Of a stretch of DNA of 64,000 nucleotides, positions 25,001-36,800 are shown in pieces (position 1 is the first letter of the stretch; every line of letters starts with the position of its first letter). The stretch is from Monocercomonoides exilis PA203 (lineage: Eukaryota; Protista; Preaxostyla). The notes below the pieces were generated by a model. It had not been told where the DNA came from, ran no database searches, and worked only from the letters and a program-made list of their open reading frames with translations. Location: the NCBI GenBank assembly GCA_001643675.2, contig LSRY02000032.1, forward strand, positions 806,001-870,000, read 5' to 3'. The position numbers and the translations under genes were made by a program.

Positions 25001-27463
25001 TCTGATGACACTCAGATGGAACCGAATAATCATTCATCTGAAAAGCCACTTCACAATTCAGAGCAATCAGCCACTTCACAGACCGCACATCACACCCAAT
25101 CCACTTCAAAGTCTTCTTCAGCTGTCAAATCACATTCATCTTCACAATCCATTTCACCAAAAAAAGCAGCCAAACCCGAATCCAAAACACTACTTACTTC
25201 TCGTACACCAAAAAGCAGCAAATCTACTTCTAACAAACCCCAATCAGCAGCAGCGTCTTCTTCTCTTTCTAACAACAACGCAAAATCCGAAGCGCATTCA
25301 TCTGATGTGCTCGCAACTCCGTCCACTTCAACAAGAACTCCTTCTTCAGAAGAGAAGCCAAAGACTCATCCAAAAAGGCAAGTTAAGCGATCACCTCAGA
25401 AAAGTGAGTCTTCACCTCAACGTGGATCAACTATTTCATCCCTTTCACTTCCACAGTCATCGCCGTATGGGAACAGACAAACACAGAAGCAGAAAGGAAA
25501 AGCAGGACAAGCGAATAAGCCCGAAACGAAAGAGGAAAAAGTTCAGTCAAAGGATAAAGATACAGATGGGAATATGCCGCAAATCATAGAAGAAGAAGAA
25601 GAAGATAAAATTATTAATAATGGCACTGGTGACAAAGAAGAGAATAATGATCAGATATCTGAAGCACAGGAAAACAATTCTCATACTGACGAACAGACGA
25701 ACGAAGAAATTGACCACGAAACAGAAAAAAGAGATGCAAATGGTGAGAAGTCGATGACAAGAGAGTTTGATTCACATTCAACAGAGGAAGATGATTATGA
25801 TAAGGATCGAATACAAAAAATTGAAGGAACGAACAAGCCAGACGAAGATATTCTGGTTAGAGATTTCAAGAGCAATTCTGATGAGGCGACAATATCAACA
25901 AAAGATGAGAAAGACTTGCAAGAAGATTTAGACACACATTCAGAAGGAAAAGAAGAGAAAAATGAAATTGAAGAGAGAGACTTCCGAAAAAATGAAGAGA
26001 AAACAGACGAAAACAACAATGAAAAGGACGAAATGAAGCAAATTGGAGAGATTGATTCAGCTATTGAAACAGCAAATGCAAAAAGGGAAGATGAAAAAAT
26101 TTATTCGGATGGTTTTGAAGGAGATGATGTTTCATTAGATAGAAACGAACTGCTTAATGAAAATTCAAAGTCAAAAGAAGATAAAGAAGCAAAAGAAATG
26201 GAAGAAGAGGAGATTGCAAATGAGATGAAGACCGAAGGTGAGAGCGAACAAGACAATTTGGTTGACCAATCAATGAACAATTCATCTTCGGTGGAGAGAG
26301 TTGGTAAAGATCACACAGAAGTAAGTGCTGAGAAAGATGATGATTATGAAGGAGATTTTGAAGAAGATGAGGTGAATGCAACAGATGCTTCAAATCAAAA
26401 CGAACATATTTTAACTCCTAGCGAAAGGGAACAAGACAAATCCGAGCAGCAACAAGAAGAACTGAGTGGGCATCCAATAAGCATGCAAGATTTGGAAGTC
26501 AGTGAATTCAGCAAAGCAGTCACTGAAACAATGGATGAAGGAGAAACACAATATTCAAAGGACTTTGAAGTCACAAGCAGAGAGTCACTTTCTGTTGATG
26601 GAGAAAACGTTGATGATGCAGCTGACATAGCAAATGGAGGAGAACAACAAACAAGTGATTCATTATCTGCGCAAAACAATTCTTCACTAGAGAAAAAGGA
26701 TGAAGAAGCAGCCGAAGATTACTACAGTGAAACGTTTGAGAGTCAGGTTGAAGAAGAACACGATGCAGACGAAAAATCGAAGAAAGAAGAGGTTTCAGAC
26801 TATCAGAACGATGAATATGGGTACGACGACGAAGAGTTTGAAGCAGAGGAAGAAGATGCGGAAATGGAAAAGAGTGAAAGAGATGCAAACGAAAATGCGA
26901 ATCAAACGAGCAATTCAATGGAACATCAGGCACAAACTGAAGAGAGTGCAGAAGCGATTGAGGAAGTTAATCAAGAAAACAATGACGTTCAAGTTGAAAG
27001 TGGTTATGGAGACGACTTTGAAGAGAATTACAGCGAAAACGAAGAGAAGGACACGGGAAAAGATAACACAGAAATGCAACAGAAGGATTATGAAGATGAC
27101 ACTTTTGAAGAGGCTGACAACTCTGCAGATAATCAAAATGATGAGTATGAATATGACGAATCATTTGAAGGAGAAAATGAAGAAGAGGTGAAAGAAGATG
27201 AAACAAACGAACAGATTGAAGATTCTGGAAATCAGGCTTATCAAACAAGTGCGAGTGAATCAGAACCAGCTGAAAATGCAGAGGATTACTACGAAGACGA
27301 TGCATTTGAAGAAGATGCCGGTGACGTTACCCAACAAGATGAGCATTCCAATGGAGAATATTCTGAAGGAAACTCATCTTCAGCTCGCCACAGAGCCGAA
27401 GACGAAGAAGCTTTGAAAGAACTTGAAGCATTTTACGATTATCAGAATTATCAGAGAAATTGA
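22013..27463 (+). CDS. Uncharacterised 1816-aa protein: ~240-aa conserved-looking globular N-terminal domain (possibly ATP-grasp-like), coiled-coil/disordered middle, acidic tail with repeated Y-x(3-4)-F-E motifs
   Basis: Single long ORF. The N-terminal domain has RIPQTVV..DWYFCS, GILQEFIEPQSKKNTTITVSWTP, KGVTFQG and FKIDGNLKLWLMW; the rest is low complexity. The CDS is secure; the function is not. Confidence 0.8.
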   Translation: MSHPFLSFLNLMWARTEKGNSFSLARIPQTVVISNGILTDWYFCSSKDGSLMKKNKANVTAEGIINAFTKNKHGSGIVGYFEGVIQDFSSGSSTSVTDRISFLKEADLRRLLKNLNGVHGILQEFIEPQSKKNTTITVSWTPSLFICEEKVNLYLLTDEIDVNVKGVTFQGPDYFVRSCLFESGGYRRRMTFMCEGIDKHIREITDNSRSVLRMTIQFKIDGNLKLWLMWVSSFALQQPRLAIGSTSASSSSTAAENSSTQAAQITTPSSSSRMSADQTNEKDEKAVRERKVPAMPMNKAKPRARIPEKLPQASTARTGYVFEGRMRQEFIGEQSLFGGGRAKSTEPSRGISRENSGKKKDMRTREYPGGSIERETIKVKAKKRSDISSEKKRPATTGAVTKAQFERGRKSEITPDENEEDYSMSHSQKRQRPATHAADMSHLHKSPSSDWSLKRSLLASPVRLCSSLHLKASQERQLLYLMTERARSQRSLKTPDNQSSLSQMRTLEMSNEGMTGRNTEIYETIEINEENVLNEEHSKDGYEQKVNEREFKLAETEAKTTERLGSEEPVVFERNFYMRPKEEDEMRMDEPESATRNEGEREREGIERTTSADETTENGQEANRYTSHSMERRRLNVVFASTSPETESGSCDDIPQQYVQYKQRRRKALARRSKSGARGRQRSRPRKRVVNEEALLAHLSELSKPKSVVIGTTKGRMMEKAEREKEKEKERNAKFENDEQDEEIEGENAEQKDIKPHDHQDAWALSEDEEYEAQRTSQQAKQGHSANPKSSSKGADNAAPAVVLTEAERKRREARNRMAANFLCCRKDPYETAFAAESQAQKRMREAERKRRAEKEKEKKKEMERQKKEREKFIEQINKEKEQQKVLEERQKTKEKEKGVPKKSNQKGSNEEKSEEIEREEEEKPRERQFQSGCSNEREVQSKKKSELDSNEISPTKFRSVSCSGSRLDTPTRTRNFSAPKREAQVETKKASASAASDDTQMEPNNHSSEKPLHNSEQSATSQTAHHTQSTSKSSSAVKSHSSSQSISPKKAAKPESKTLLTSRTPKSSKSTSNKPQSAAASSSLSNNNAKSEAHSSDVLATPSTSTRTPSSEEKPKTHPKRQVKRSPQKSESSPQRGSTISSLSLPQSSPYGNRQTQKQKGKAGQANKPETKEEKVQSKDKDTDGNMPQIIEEEEEDKIINNGTGDKEENNDQISEAQENNSHTDEQTNEEIDHETEKRDANGEKSMTREFDSHSTEEDDYDKDRIQKIEGTNKPDEDILVRDFKSNSDEATISTKDEKDLQEDLDTHSEGKEEKNEIEERDFRKNEEKTDENNNEKDEMKQIGEIDSAIETANAKREDEKIYSDGFEGDDVSLDRNELLNENSKSKEDKEAKEMEEEEIANEMKTEGESEQDNLVDQSMNNSSSVERVGKDHTEVSAEKDDDYEGDFEEDEVNATDASNQNEHILTPSEREQDKSEQQQEELSGHPISMQDLEVSEFSKAVTETMDEGETQYSKDFEVTSRESLSVDGENVDDAADIANGGEQQTSDSLSAQNNSSLEKKDEEAAEDYYSETFESQVEEEHDADEKSKKEEVSDYQNDEYGYDDEEFEAEEEDAEMEKSERDANENANQTSNSMEHQAQTEESAEAIEEVNQENNDVQVESGYGDDFEENYSENEEKDTGKDNTEMQQKDYEDDTFEEADNSADNQNDEYEYDESFEGENEEEVKEDETNEQIEDSGNQAYQTSASESEPAENAEDYYEDDAFEEDAGDVTQQDEHSNGEYSEGNSSSARHRAEDEEALKELEAFYDYQNYQRN

Positions 27464-28420
27464 AATCGTGTATATGACCAAAGATTAACAAAGGGATAAT
27501 TTAAAAAAGCTCCAAGAGGAGCGTACTTGATGCACAAACTATTTCGTGTTTATTATCTTTCTTTTGTTGAGCCAGTGAGAATATGTTTGTGCATTTGTGA
27601 ATGTTGCGTTTCTGTTTTTGGAGTTCAATTTGCTTTTTTTTGTCTTTGTTGCTATGTTGCAAAAAAGATGCTAACAGAAACTATTTTTCTGACGAAGTAT
27701 GAATGCTTTGATTAGTTCAATTTGAATACTTGTCAGTAAGTTTTTGGACGTGATACTTGAAACGAAGTTTCATTCGAAGCATTTGTTGCATTTTTTTGCT
27801 AAAAAATGTTTAATGCATTAAGTTATTTTGTAAATGCGCTTTCAACCACATTTTTTTTAAAAAAATTTTTCTTTTCTAATAAAAGATTCAATTATTTAAG
27901 CTCAAAAGAATTCTCCATTCTCTTCCATATCCTTTGCTGATTTATTCATAAATAGAAAATTAATAGAAAAAATGAAAGATTGAAATTTTGATATGGTTAA
28001 CGCAAGGTTGATCCAATTAAATTTCAGCTAATTGAAGTTGCTCCAATTCACAAAACTTTTGGACAACATAGTGAAGTTTGACGTACATATTTATTCAAAT
28101 CATAATGTATTGTTCAACACAGAAATATCGAAAAGATCAGAATTTCTGCAGATATTTTGCACGTAGAGCAAGATTGACGGTCAATTCTTGCATTTCAATC
28201 AATATAATACATAAACATTTGCAATTCATCGTTTCATGCATGATGCTGTGCACCTGACGTAAAAGCTATAATTTATAAATTTTTATTTATTCGTTCTTTT
28301 TTCCCCAATTAATAGATTCTTTAATTGCAAAAGAACTCAATCCATGTTCAAGAAAAGTCTAAATAAAAAATAATATGAAGTAAATTCATAAAACTGCAAA
28401 CCATTTCCGTGGAAGTGCCT

Positions 28421-29158
28421 TCATGATTCTTGATTGGAAAAATCTGGAACCTTTTTCTCGATTTCCTTCCAAGTTTTGTATTCTTGTCCTAAGCGAAGCA
28501 AAAGTCCAACAAGCGCTGAACATGTGCTTTTCGCTTCTTCATTTTCAATCTGACTAAGTTCTCCTGCAAGAGCGAAAATAAAGCGAATTCGATCTTGTTC
28601 GTTATCAATTTTAACAACCCCATCCATCCTTAAAATGTCGAATGTTGCTTCAAAAACATCCGCCTTAAACACGCTAATCAAACAATTAATGAAAATACGA
28701 AAATTATAGAAACAAACAAAGCTCTTTCTTCGGAAAGACCACCTGCAGACATAAATGCAGAATAAGAATTGTATATATGTCTGAAATAAAAAAGAAAAAG
28801 AATAAAATAAAAGAAAGCAAATTTGAATTCAAATGCTTCGTAACTCAGATAATCTTACAATTTTTCATTCACATTTCAGGAGATTTTATTGAAAAATTCA
28901 AAATTCAATTATCAAACCGAAATTTCAGAATTGCTTCTCCAAGAAAATATGGAACTTTAATTGAAAAAAAGCAATTCAATTTGTTTGCAAAAATATCAAA
29001 AAATGAACAAGAATACCTTTCGCTATATCCCTTGAAGGCTGTAAGCATCGCCATATTAATTTATCTTCTATAAGTTGTGTTATCATTGCTCTAACACGCT
29101 CACCATCCTTTGTTAAATTTATAAAGTCATATTGCGAATCTTTTTGTTCCATTTGCAT
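28421..29158 (-). CDS. Small hypothetical, probably helical protein (~164 aa, 4 exons)
   Basis: Exons 29158-29017, 28954-28918, 28780-28718 and 28673-28421 join in frame through three GT..AG introns (62, 137, 44 nt; donors GTATTC, GTTTGA, GTTTGT). A possible extra intron at 28450-28359 would extend the CDS to 28287. No family recognised. Confidence 0.6.
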
Positions 29159-29551
29159 TGCGGGCAACAGTTTTATAAAAAGAAATAATGCTTTTGAGGC
29201 ACGAATAATTATCTTATGGTTATTCTTTGGTATTCATTTTTTTTCTTCATTTTTTTTTTATAATTACATTAGTTCATCACCATTCGAATAAGTTTCCGTT
29301 TATCTTGGCTTCATTTGGTGAAAAAGCTGTTGTTGAAAGTTTCTATTCTCAGCTTTTCAAAAATGAAAAGTCAAATATTCAAGGAATTTCTTTTAAAAAT
29401 TATGTTTTTAATTTAAAAAAAATTCCTGACAATTTTGCAAATTTATTTGTGAAATTTAAATAAACGTTGTTTTAGAATTAATATATTGCTTTTTTAGGCA
29501 AAAAATATATCACTAAAATAAAACAAAATGTTTAAAAGCTTTTTCATAAAT

Positions 29552-30682
29552 TCAATATGTTGTTGAAATTGTTGTAGAATGAGTAGTTTGTTGCATTCTT
29601 TTCCTTTTCTCGTCTTCTTTCTTTTCTTTATATCTTCGATATTTTTCTTCTCTTTCACGCTCCTTCTTTACTGATGGAAGGATAGTGATATCGATCTTGG
29701 ATTGGATACAAAAGATGATTCCAACGAAAATTCGCATGCAACGAGGAGTAAACATTCCTGCAGATAAAGGAAAAAAAAATAGATCAGTCAGTCAATCAAA
29801 TATTTTTTAAAATAAAAATGGACTATCCAATACGTGAACAAAATAGTGATGCAAACCCATTGAAATATCAGGAGGGTCAAAAACAAGAGGAACTCCTTTG
29901 TCGCCCAAAGTTTTCAAGCCAACAGTTACTCGTTCGAGCTCGGTAAATTGCTTTAATTGGGATATGAGTTTTTCATCTGCCTCCTTCTCAGGATACATCG
30001 CAACGACGTTCAGAGCTATTCCATCATTCCAACTAAAAACCGGATAAAAAAATAAAATTTTACATAATAAAAGCAAAGATATGTAATACACTTAAGCAAC
30101 AAAATACAAACCATCCCGCAAAGCTTGTCATTCCACTTGGAAGAAGCCCAACAGAAACTTCGCGCACCCACTGAAGCAGAGCAGGCTCTCCAACAACACC
30201 TAAAATAATTATTATAATTATAATAATAAGATTACATCAAAATATAGAAAACTCATTTAAATACCTTGAAACTTCATTTCTCGAACATGAAGTGCAGTTG
30301 CAATTCCAGCAAGAAAATCAACAATCGTGGATTCCTTTCCAGATATAAAATTATCCTCGGCGTTCTTCGGTACAACAGCTTGCATTTTTTCGCAATAAGT
30401 GTAGAGTTTTTTCACATTTTTTCTTGCCCAGTTTTCTCTCCCTTTTGATGTTGATAATTGTGGAGGAATAGATGAAGAGCTCTTTTCGAGAGAAAACGCA
30501 GATGCATCAACATCATCCTGCTCAATTTCATCGTCATCAAGGTCTAATATCATTTCACATAATTTGCATAACAGAAATCCATCTCTTAAATCTTCTAGTG
30601 CAACAATTCTGTATTCTGGATAAAGCATGTAATTCAGCCATCGAAGAAAAAATTTTTGTTCAACCAAGGGAATTGATGACAT
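29552..30682 (-). CDS. Tandem calponin-homology (CH1-CH2, filamin/alpha-actinin-type actin-binding domain) protein, ~295 aa
   Basis: Exons 30682-30265, 30199-30112, 30032-29857 and 29757-29552 join in frame. CH1: QKFFLRWLNYML...LEDLRDGFLLCKLCEMI. CH2: ALLQWVREV...MTSFAGCWNDGIALNVV...KGVPLVFDPPDI. A short charged tail follows. Confidence 0.8.
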
Positions 30683-30843
30683 AAGAAATTTCAATGATAT
30701 CTACAGAATATCGAATACGACTTATCCTTTAAAAGATATCAAAATTTGAACTTTTTGATCAAATAGAATAAAAGTTATTTATTCAAATACATTAGTGGTG
30801 GTTTAGATCCTAATCAAATAGAAATCTGATTTGATCTCGAGCC
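30683..30843. promoter_or_regulatory. Putative bidirectional promoter (CH protein / VPS13)
   Basis: 161 bp between divergent start codons. Confidence 0.5.
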
Positions 30844-33800
30844 ATGGACTTTATCCGCAGGACAATTGCCAAAGTTGCTGCCTCAAAAATAAAGACAGCA
30901 TTGTCCGCGTATTTTACAGGGCTTGATGCTGAAGCTTTTGGAGAAAATGTGAAAGCAGGACATGTTCTTCTTAAGAATTTGCAATTGAAACAGGATGCTG
31001 TCAAAGGACTTATTCCTGGTCTCCAAATACAGAAAGGTGTTTATAATCATTTTTTAGAAAAAACTTCATTCTTTTTTAATATATTTTAGGTTCAATCGGA
31101 TTTCTTGGAATGTCGGCAAGCTGGACAAATCTATCAGAAAAACCAATATCACTAGATGTAACTGATATCCTTATACATGTTAGCACAATTAAAGTTTGAC
31201 GCATATTTTTAATTCTGTTATTTAAAGGTTGCAATTTATAAACTTTTTAGCATGATTTAATGACAAACATAATTTCTCAAAATAATGATAACGAGAAAAA
31301 AAAGAAAATACTAGAAGATTTTTTTTACGAACCAACAACAATTAAAACATTGATGAACTCATTCTTTGGAAAAATGAATGGCCAAAAAGACATAACTGGA
31401 AAAGAAGCAAATCACGATGAAGAAATATTTCTTTTGATGCAAATAGTGAATAGAATACAAGTGTCAATAAAAAATTTAACCGTAGTCATTGAGGATCAAC
31501 TTCCCGGCCATCAGCCTTCTGCTTTTATGATACATATACCAAATTTGTCGCTTATGTCTTATCATCCTGATACTGGGCTATTGCTACCAAGCACTAACCA
31601 AATACTTGAATCAATTTTAAAACGTATTTCTATTGAAGGTCTTTCAGTGTCATGGATACCATCAGGATATTACATAACTTCTTTTCTTCCTCAACCAACA
31701 ATACCAACTGACTCACAACAATCATCAAAATCAACAACAACCAATTCTTCTTTGTCTACTTTACCTTCATCTGCTCCATCATCGCATGCACGTTCTTTGG
31801 CGCCAACTACAGCCTCAATAACACCAGCGTCTGGATCATCAGTTCAACAGCCTGCTGCGTCTGCCCCAATTGTGTCTGGTGAGGCAAAGAGCATCCGACG
31901 TCCGCAGCAGCTTCTGTCTCCCACTCAGATTGTGGTATCAGTTCAACTGGCACACCCAGTGCTGTCTGCCTCCACAGCGCGGCTGTCTCTGGCAGTGTCT
32001 GTCGAAGGCTGCCAGCTGTGCCTCGAACCAGGCTGTGTGCAGTCTGCTGTGAGCATCGTCTCTTCGCTGACCAATTCATCTGCAGTGTCGAGCGACGTGT
32101 TCATCTGCTACTCCTCTTTTGCGTCTGCAGGTGCATCTGCATCTGCTTCCCCTTCACCATTCCCATCACCATCACATTCACCTTCACCATTTCCTCCTTC
32201 TTCTGCTTCTGTCTCTTCATTTTCAGGTGTCTCGACGCACTCCACACAGTCGCTCAAGAACCGCCGCACTGCCAAAGAGAACTGGGCGCTGCTGTCTGAC
32301 CGCCTTCTGCGCGAAGTTCGACACAGGCGCTTGCTGTTCACGTGGCCTGAAATCGAGAGAAGGAGAATTGATCGTATGAAATATGTGATGCTGCGGCGGA
32401 TGGAGATACTCAACGGCCACGTTGCCTCCCGCGCAGAACGTGAGCTCCAGATGAAGCCGAAGAAAGGAAGCTCTTCTTCTTCTGGACAGGCTGCAGGTAA
32501 TGCATCAAGTTCAGGATCTTCTTCAAGTTCTTTCTTGAGCAGATTCCGCAGCAGCTCATCTTCAAAAGCATCTCCATCAGCATCCCCCTCAATCGCACCA
32601 TCGGCTGCACCAGTCTTCAAAAGACCTCTCTTGAACACACCACAGGGCCAGTCGCATCTGGCTATTCTGCAGGAGATAGAGTCTCGTTATTCACTAGACG
32701 ACATCCTCTTCTTCCGCTTCCTCTGCGACCAGAGCATGCTCCGAAGCGGGGCAGAAAGGACAGCCTTTCTGAATGCGAAGAAGCTGAGCAAGGAGGCGAG
32801 GAGCAGCGGAAGCGGGATGAGGCTTCTGGGGCTGACAGACGAGGATGTGATGTCGGAGAAGGACAAGAAGGAGATGGCTGAGCTGTTTGGCTGGAAGAAC
32901 TACCAAAAGAGAATCAAAGAGAAGCTGTCAAAAGCCTCTTCTTCTTCTTCTTCTTCATCTTCAGGAGCTGTTTCGAAGGGAAGTGCATCTGCTTCCTCGC
33001 AGAGAGCAAAGGAATTCACTGATTTGATTAGCATATCAGCTACCATCAGCACTGTATCTTTGACACTCCTTTCGGACAGAATTCTTCCAAGGCAGATGCT
33101 TCCCCTTCCATCCTCATACACTCGAATTCCCACACACAACTTGCCCAGCCATCTGTCTATGCAGGCTTCCACTTCAAACAACTTATCTTCTTCTGTTTCT
33201 GCATCTGCACCTGCTTCATCATCATCATCATCATCATCATCTTCTTCTTCTTCTGCATCAATTTTAAATTCATTCGCATCTGGTCTCAAGAACAACCCGT
33301 TTTCCAATGCCATTTCCTTCTCCGCAGGATCACTCAAAACATCCCAGTCACACTCTCAGTTCCCTCCTCTGCATGTTCCCGTGGCAACTTTTGAGGGAAA
33401 AGGCATTTCTGCCAAAGTGATGCTGCGACAGTCACACACAAACACATACGCTTCTCCTCTGCTCATCTCCTCTTCCACCACACACATCGCCTCTGCCTCT
33501 GCTCGCCCGCCGCCTCCTCCTCCACCACCTCCTCTGAGACCTCCTCCATCACAGCAGGCAAAAATAGATGCACAAAACAAACAGAACAGTCAGAGTTCTG
33601 TTTTTGCAGATGCGAACAGCGGGATGACTCAAAATGCTGCAAATTTGAATGGAGAAGGCAGTGATGACACGAGGCCACTTGTGTCTGTGCACTTTGCAGT
33701 TGTGGTTGATTCGCTCTCTCTTGTTGATGAGGCTGCGAAGAAAGGCGCGCAGAACAACGCAACACGACTGGGTGCCAATGGGAACATTACTGGGGCATAT

Positions 33801-36800
33801 TCATCGATGGATGCATCATCAGCATTCTCTTCTTACGCTCATCCTTCAATGGCATTAGCCTCTTCTTCTGGGAAAAGCGTGATTGGCTCGTCAGCTTCAT
33901 CTTCTTCAGCTTCTGCTTCCTCGTCTGCTGCTCTGATGAGTTCAGGCATTGCATCCTCAGGCTCTGCATCAGCAGTCGATTACAGCTCGTTTTCTGGAAG
34001 AGGGCAGATGGGCGATGACAAAGACAGCAGCAGCAGCAATGTGAATGGAGGGAATAACATGAATGGCGCATTGGTGTCTCATTACCCAAACGTGACACTC
34101 ACACCGCAGTCAGTGCAGCATGTCTTTGAGGCAGTGGGGAACTTCTACCCGGACTCATTTCTGGACAGTGAAGGAAAAGGAAATGTGAATGGAAGTGCAA
34201 ATGAGGGTGATGAAGCAGGGATGCTGGGAGATCAAAGGAATGAAGGAGAAATGAACGAGCAAACTGAAAGTGCAGAAGGAGAACAGCAAAAGGCAAATGC
34301 AACAGCAAAATCAAGCAAATCAAAAGAGAAGAAGATGCCTCCATCTGCCATCTCTGCAGTACTGACATCTCCTTCATTGATTGTCACACTGCCGTTCTGC
34401 GTGTCTCTTGTGAAGCTGATAGACAAAATGCTTCGCCCAGTGAAGATGCTGCAGACCCGCTCGTTTGTGACATCCTCTCCTTACAAACACATCTCCTCTT
34501 TGCACAACAGCCAGACGATGTTTGCTGCGCTTCTCAGCATGTCGCAGAAGGTTCCCTTCTCTTTGTTCATCAAAGCACCTTCAGTTGCCATTCCGATTGA
34601 TGAACGAATGGCTGGCTGCTCAGCAGTGAACATCAACGTGGGTGTGATTAACATCTCATCGGCACACCACGCCAGCTCATTCAGCAATAAATCATCTTCA
34701 TCAAATTCATTAGTTTTGTCATCATCATCTTCAAATAAGCAATTGGATGAAATAGCTAACAATGAAGCACATGGTGATCTTGCATTTATAATATCACTGG
34801 ATGACTTTTCTGTTACTTCTGTGCCGTCTATCTCCAGATGGATCGAAAGCGCACTCGCAACACCATTTGTCTGCTCATCTGCTGTTTCTTCATCCTCCTC
34901 TTCATCTGCCTCATCATTATCATCATCTTCTTCTTCTTCTGTTCCAATGATGAACTTAAACGCCCGCTTACCCGGGACGGCCTTCATTGTGCATCCGATG
35001 AGCGTCATGCTGCACATCTTCGAAAAAGGAAAGATAAAAACACTCAAATCTGCAGTTGACATTGAAATGGCACAGGAAAAGGATCAGCTGTCCACCTTCT
35101 TTGGGGTTGTGGAGATGATTTCACCACTCACATCGCTCCGTCTCTCATCAAGAATGCTCCAATCATCTGAAACACCCTCACTATCAGCTGATGCTGCAGG
35201 TTCTTCTTCTTCTTCAGCAACAGGATCTACCAATGCACTTCCCTCTTTGTCTTCGATCTCACCAGCATTAGGCTCCTCATCCAATGCCTCCACCACAGGC
35301 AGCACAGGCACACTCAACACATCTCAATCACTGTTGGCCTCTCTTCCAGTTGCAGCAGCTGCACAGACAGCAACACTCCACAGCAACATCCAGTCACAAC
35401 TTGCCGGCCATAACAAACGGGCAGGGCGTGTGGACTTTGCAGTGGAGGCAGCAGAAGACGAGGAAGAGGAAGAGGAAGAGGATGAAGAGGAGGAAGCGGA
35501 AGCTGAGGAGGAGAAAGCGGTGGAAGGAGAAGAGGAAGGAAAGGGAGCTGAGAAAGCAGAAGAAGACGAAGAAAGAAAAGAAGAAGCAGGCGAAGCAGCA
35601 GAAAGTGGCATTATACGAAAAGCAGGAAAAGGTGGGAAAGGTTTGCACGAAAAGGAGAAGTTGAAAGACGAAGAAGAAACAAGGCAGATGATGGCAGAGT
35701 ATGAGTCACAGCATTTCCTGACGAAGGAGTCCTATTTGTACAACATTCCCACTCTCACTGGCAGCATCGACGAAGACTCATCAGTCTACACATCCTCCCC
35801 ATTTGTGCTTAGCTCAGGGCAGCTGCCGTATTACTGGCCACGGAGCATGCCATATCCATCGCCTCCTCCACAGACACTGGAAGAGCTGTGTGCGGCACTG
35901 CGTAAGGCGCAGAGGACGCAATGGACAGCAGTGGCAACACTTCCCTTGTTGGATGTGACAGTCGATGGGATACACGCTGCACTGATGCTGTGCATTGCTT
36001 CAAGGGCAAATGCTCTGGTTGAGGAATTGAAGAGTAGCAAGAAGGAAGGAGAGGAGGAGAAGAGCGAGTTTGACATGCTGATGGAAGAGCAGAAGAGGAA
36101 GATTATGAAGAAGCGCGAAAGAGAAGCGAGAGAAGCAAAGGAAAGAGAAGAAAAGCGATTGCAACAACAGAATCGGATTATGTCTCCGATCAAGTCAAGC
36201 AATTCATTGGGCTCTTCATCTGCTTCCTCTTCTTCTGCAACTTCTGTTGAAGATATTCGGATTCCTCCACACAACTCCTTCTTCAAGCCACAACTTGAGC
36301 TTCTCTTCAATTTAGGGCATATTTCATTGCGGTTTTGCAAAGTGTTCCCCGATTTGAAGAAGCAGGTGAATGCATTGAGCTCAGCACATTTGAGAGAAGG
36401 CGAATCAATCTCTTCATCTTCATCTTCTTCATCTCCACTCCATTTGTCAGCTGGAAGCACAAGTGGGTTAGGATATGAAGGTGTCATTCCTGGCTATTCG
36501 GATCCTTCAAATCCATTCATTCCGCCACATCCACTCAACTCGACATCCAACGTGATGAATTCCCAGGCATCTCACTCGCTTTCTGGTTCTTCTTCTTCCT
36601 CTGCATCATCTTCATCTGCAGGTGGCAACAAATCCCATCTTATCCGCCCATTCAAAGAGTTATGTGTGCTCCACGTGTTTGACGTCTCCTTTGACTCAGT
36701 CGTCCGCAAAAGCGATGTCGGCTGCCTGTTCCGTGTGCAGCGTGTGTTTATTGCAGATTCTCTGCGCACAGAAGCAGCAAACAAGGCGAGTGCACTCAAC

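Noticed and set aside
28743-29016. A single 274-nt intron model for the small gene
   Set aside because: An in-frame internal exon (28954-28918) with a consensus GTTTGA donor gives intron sizes typical of this window. The simpler model remains formally possible.
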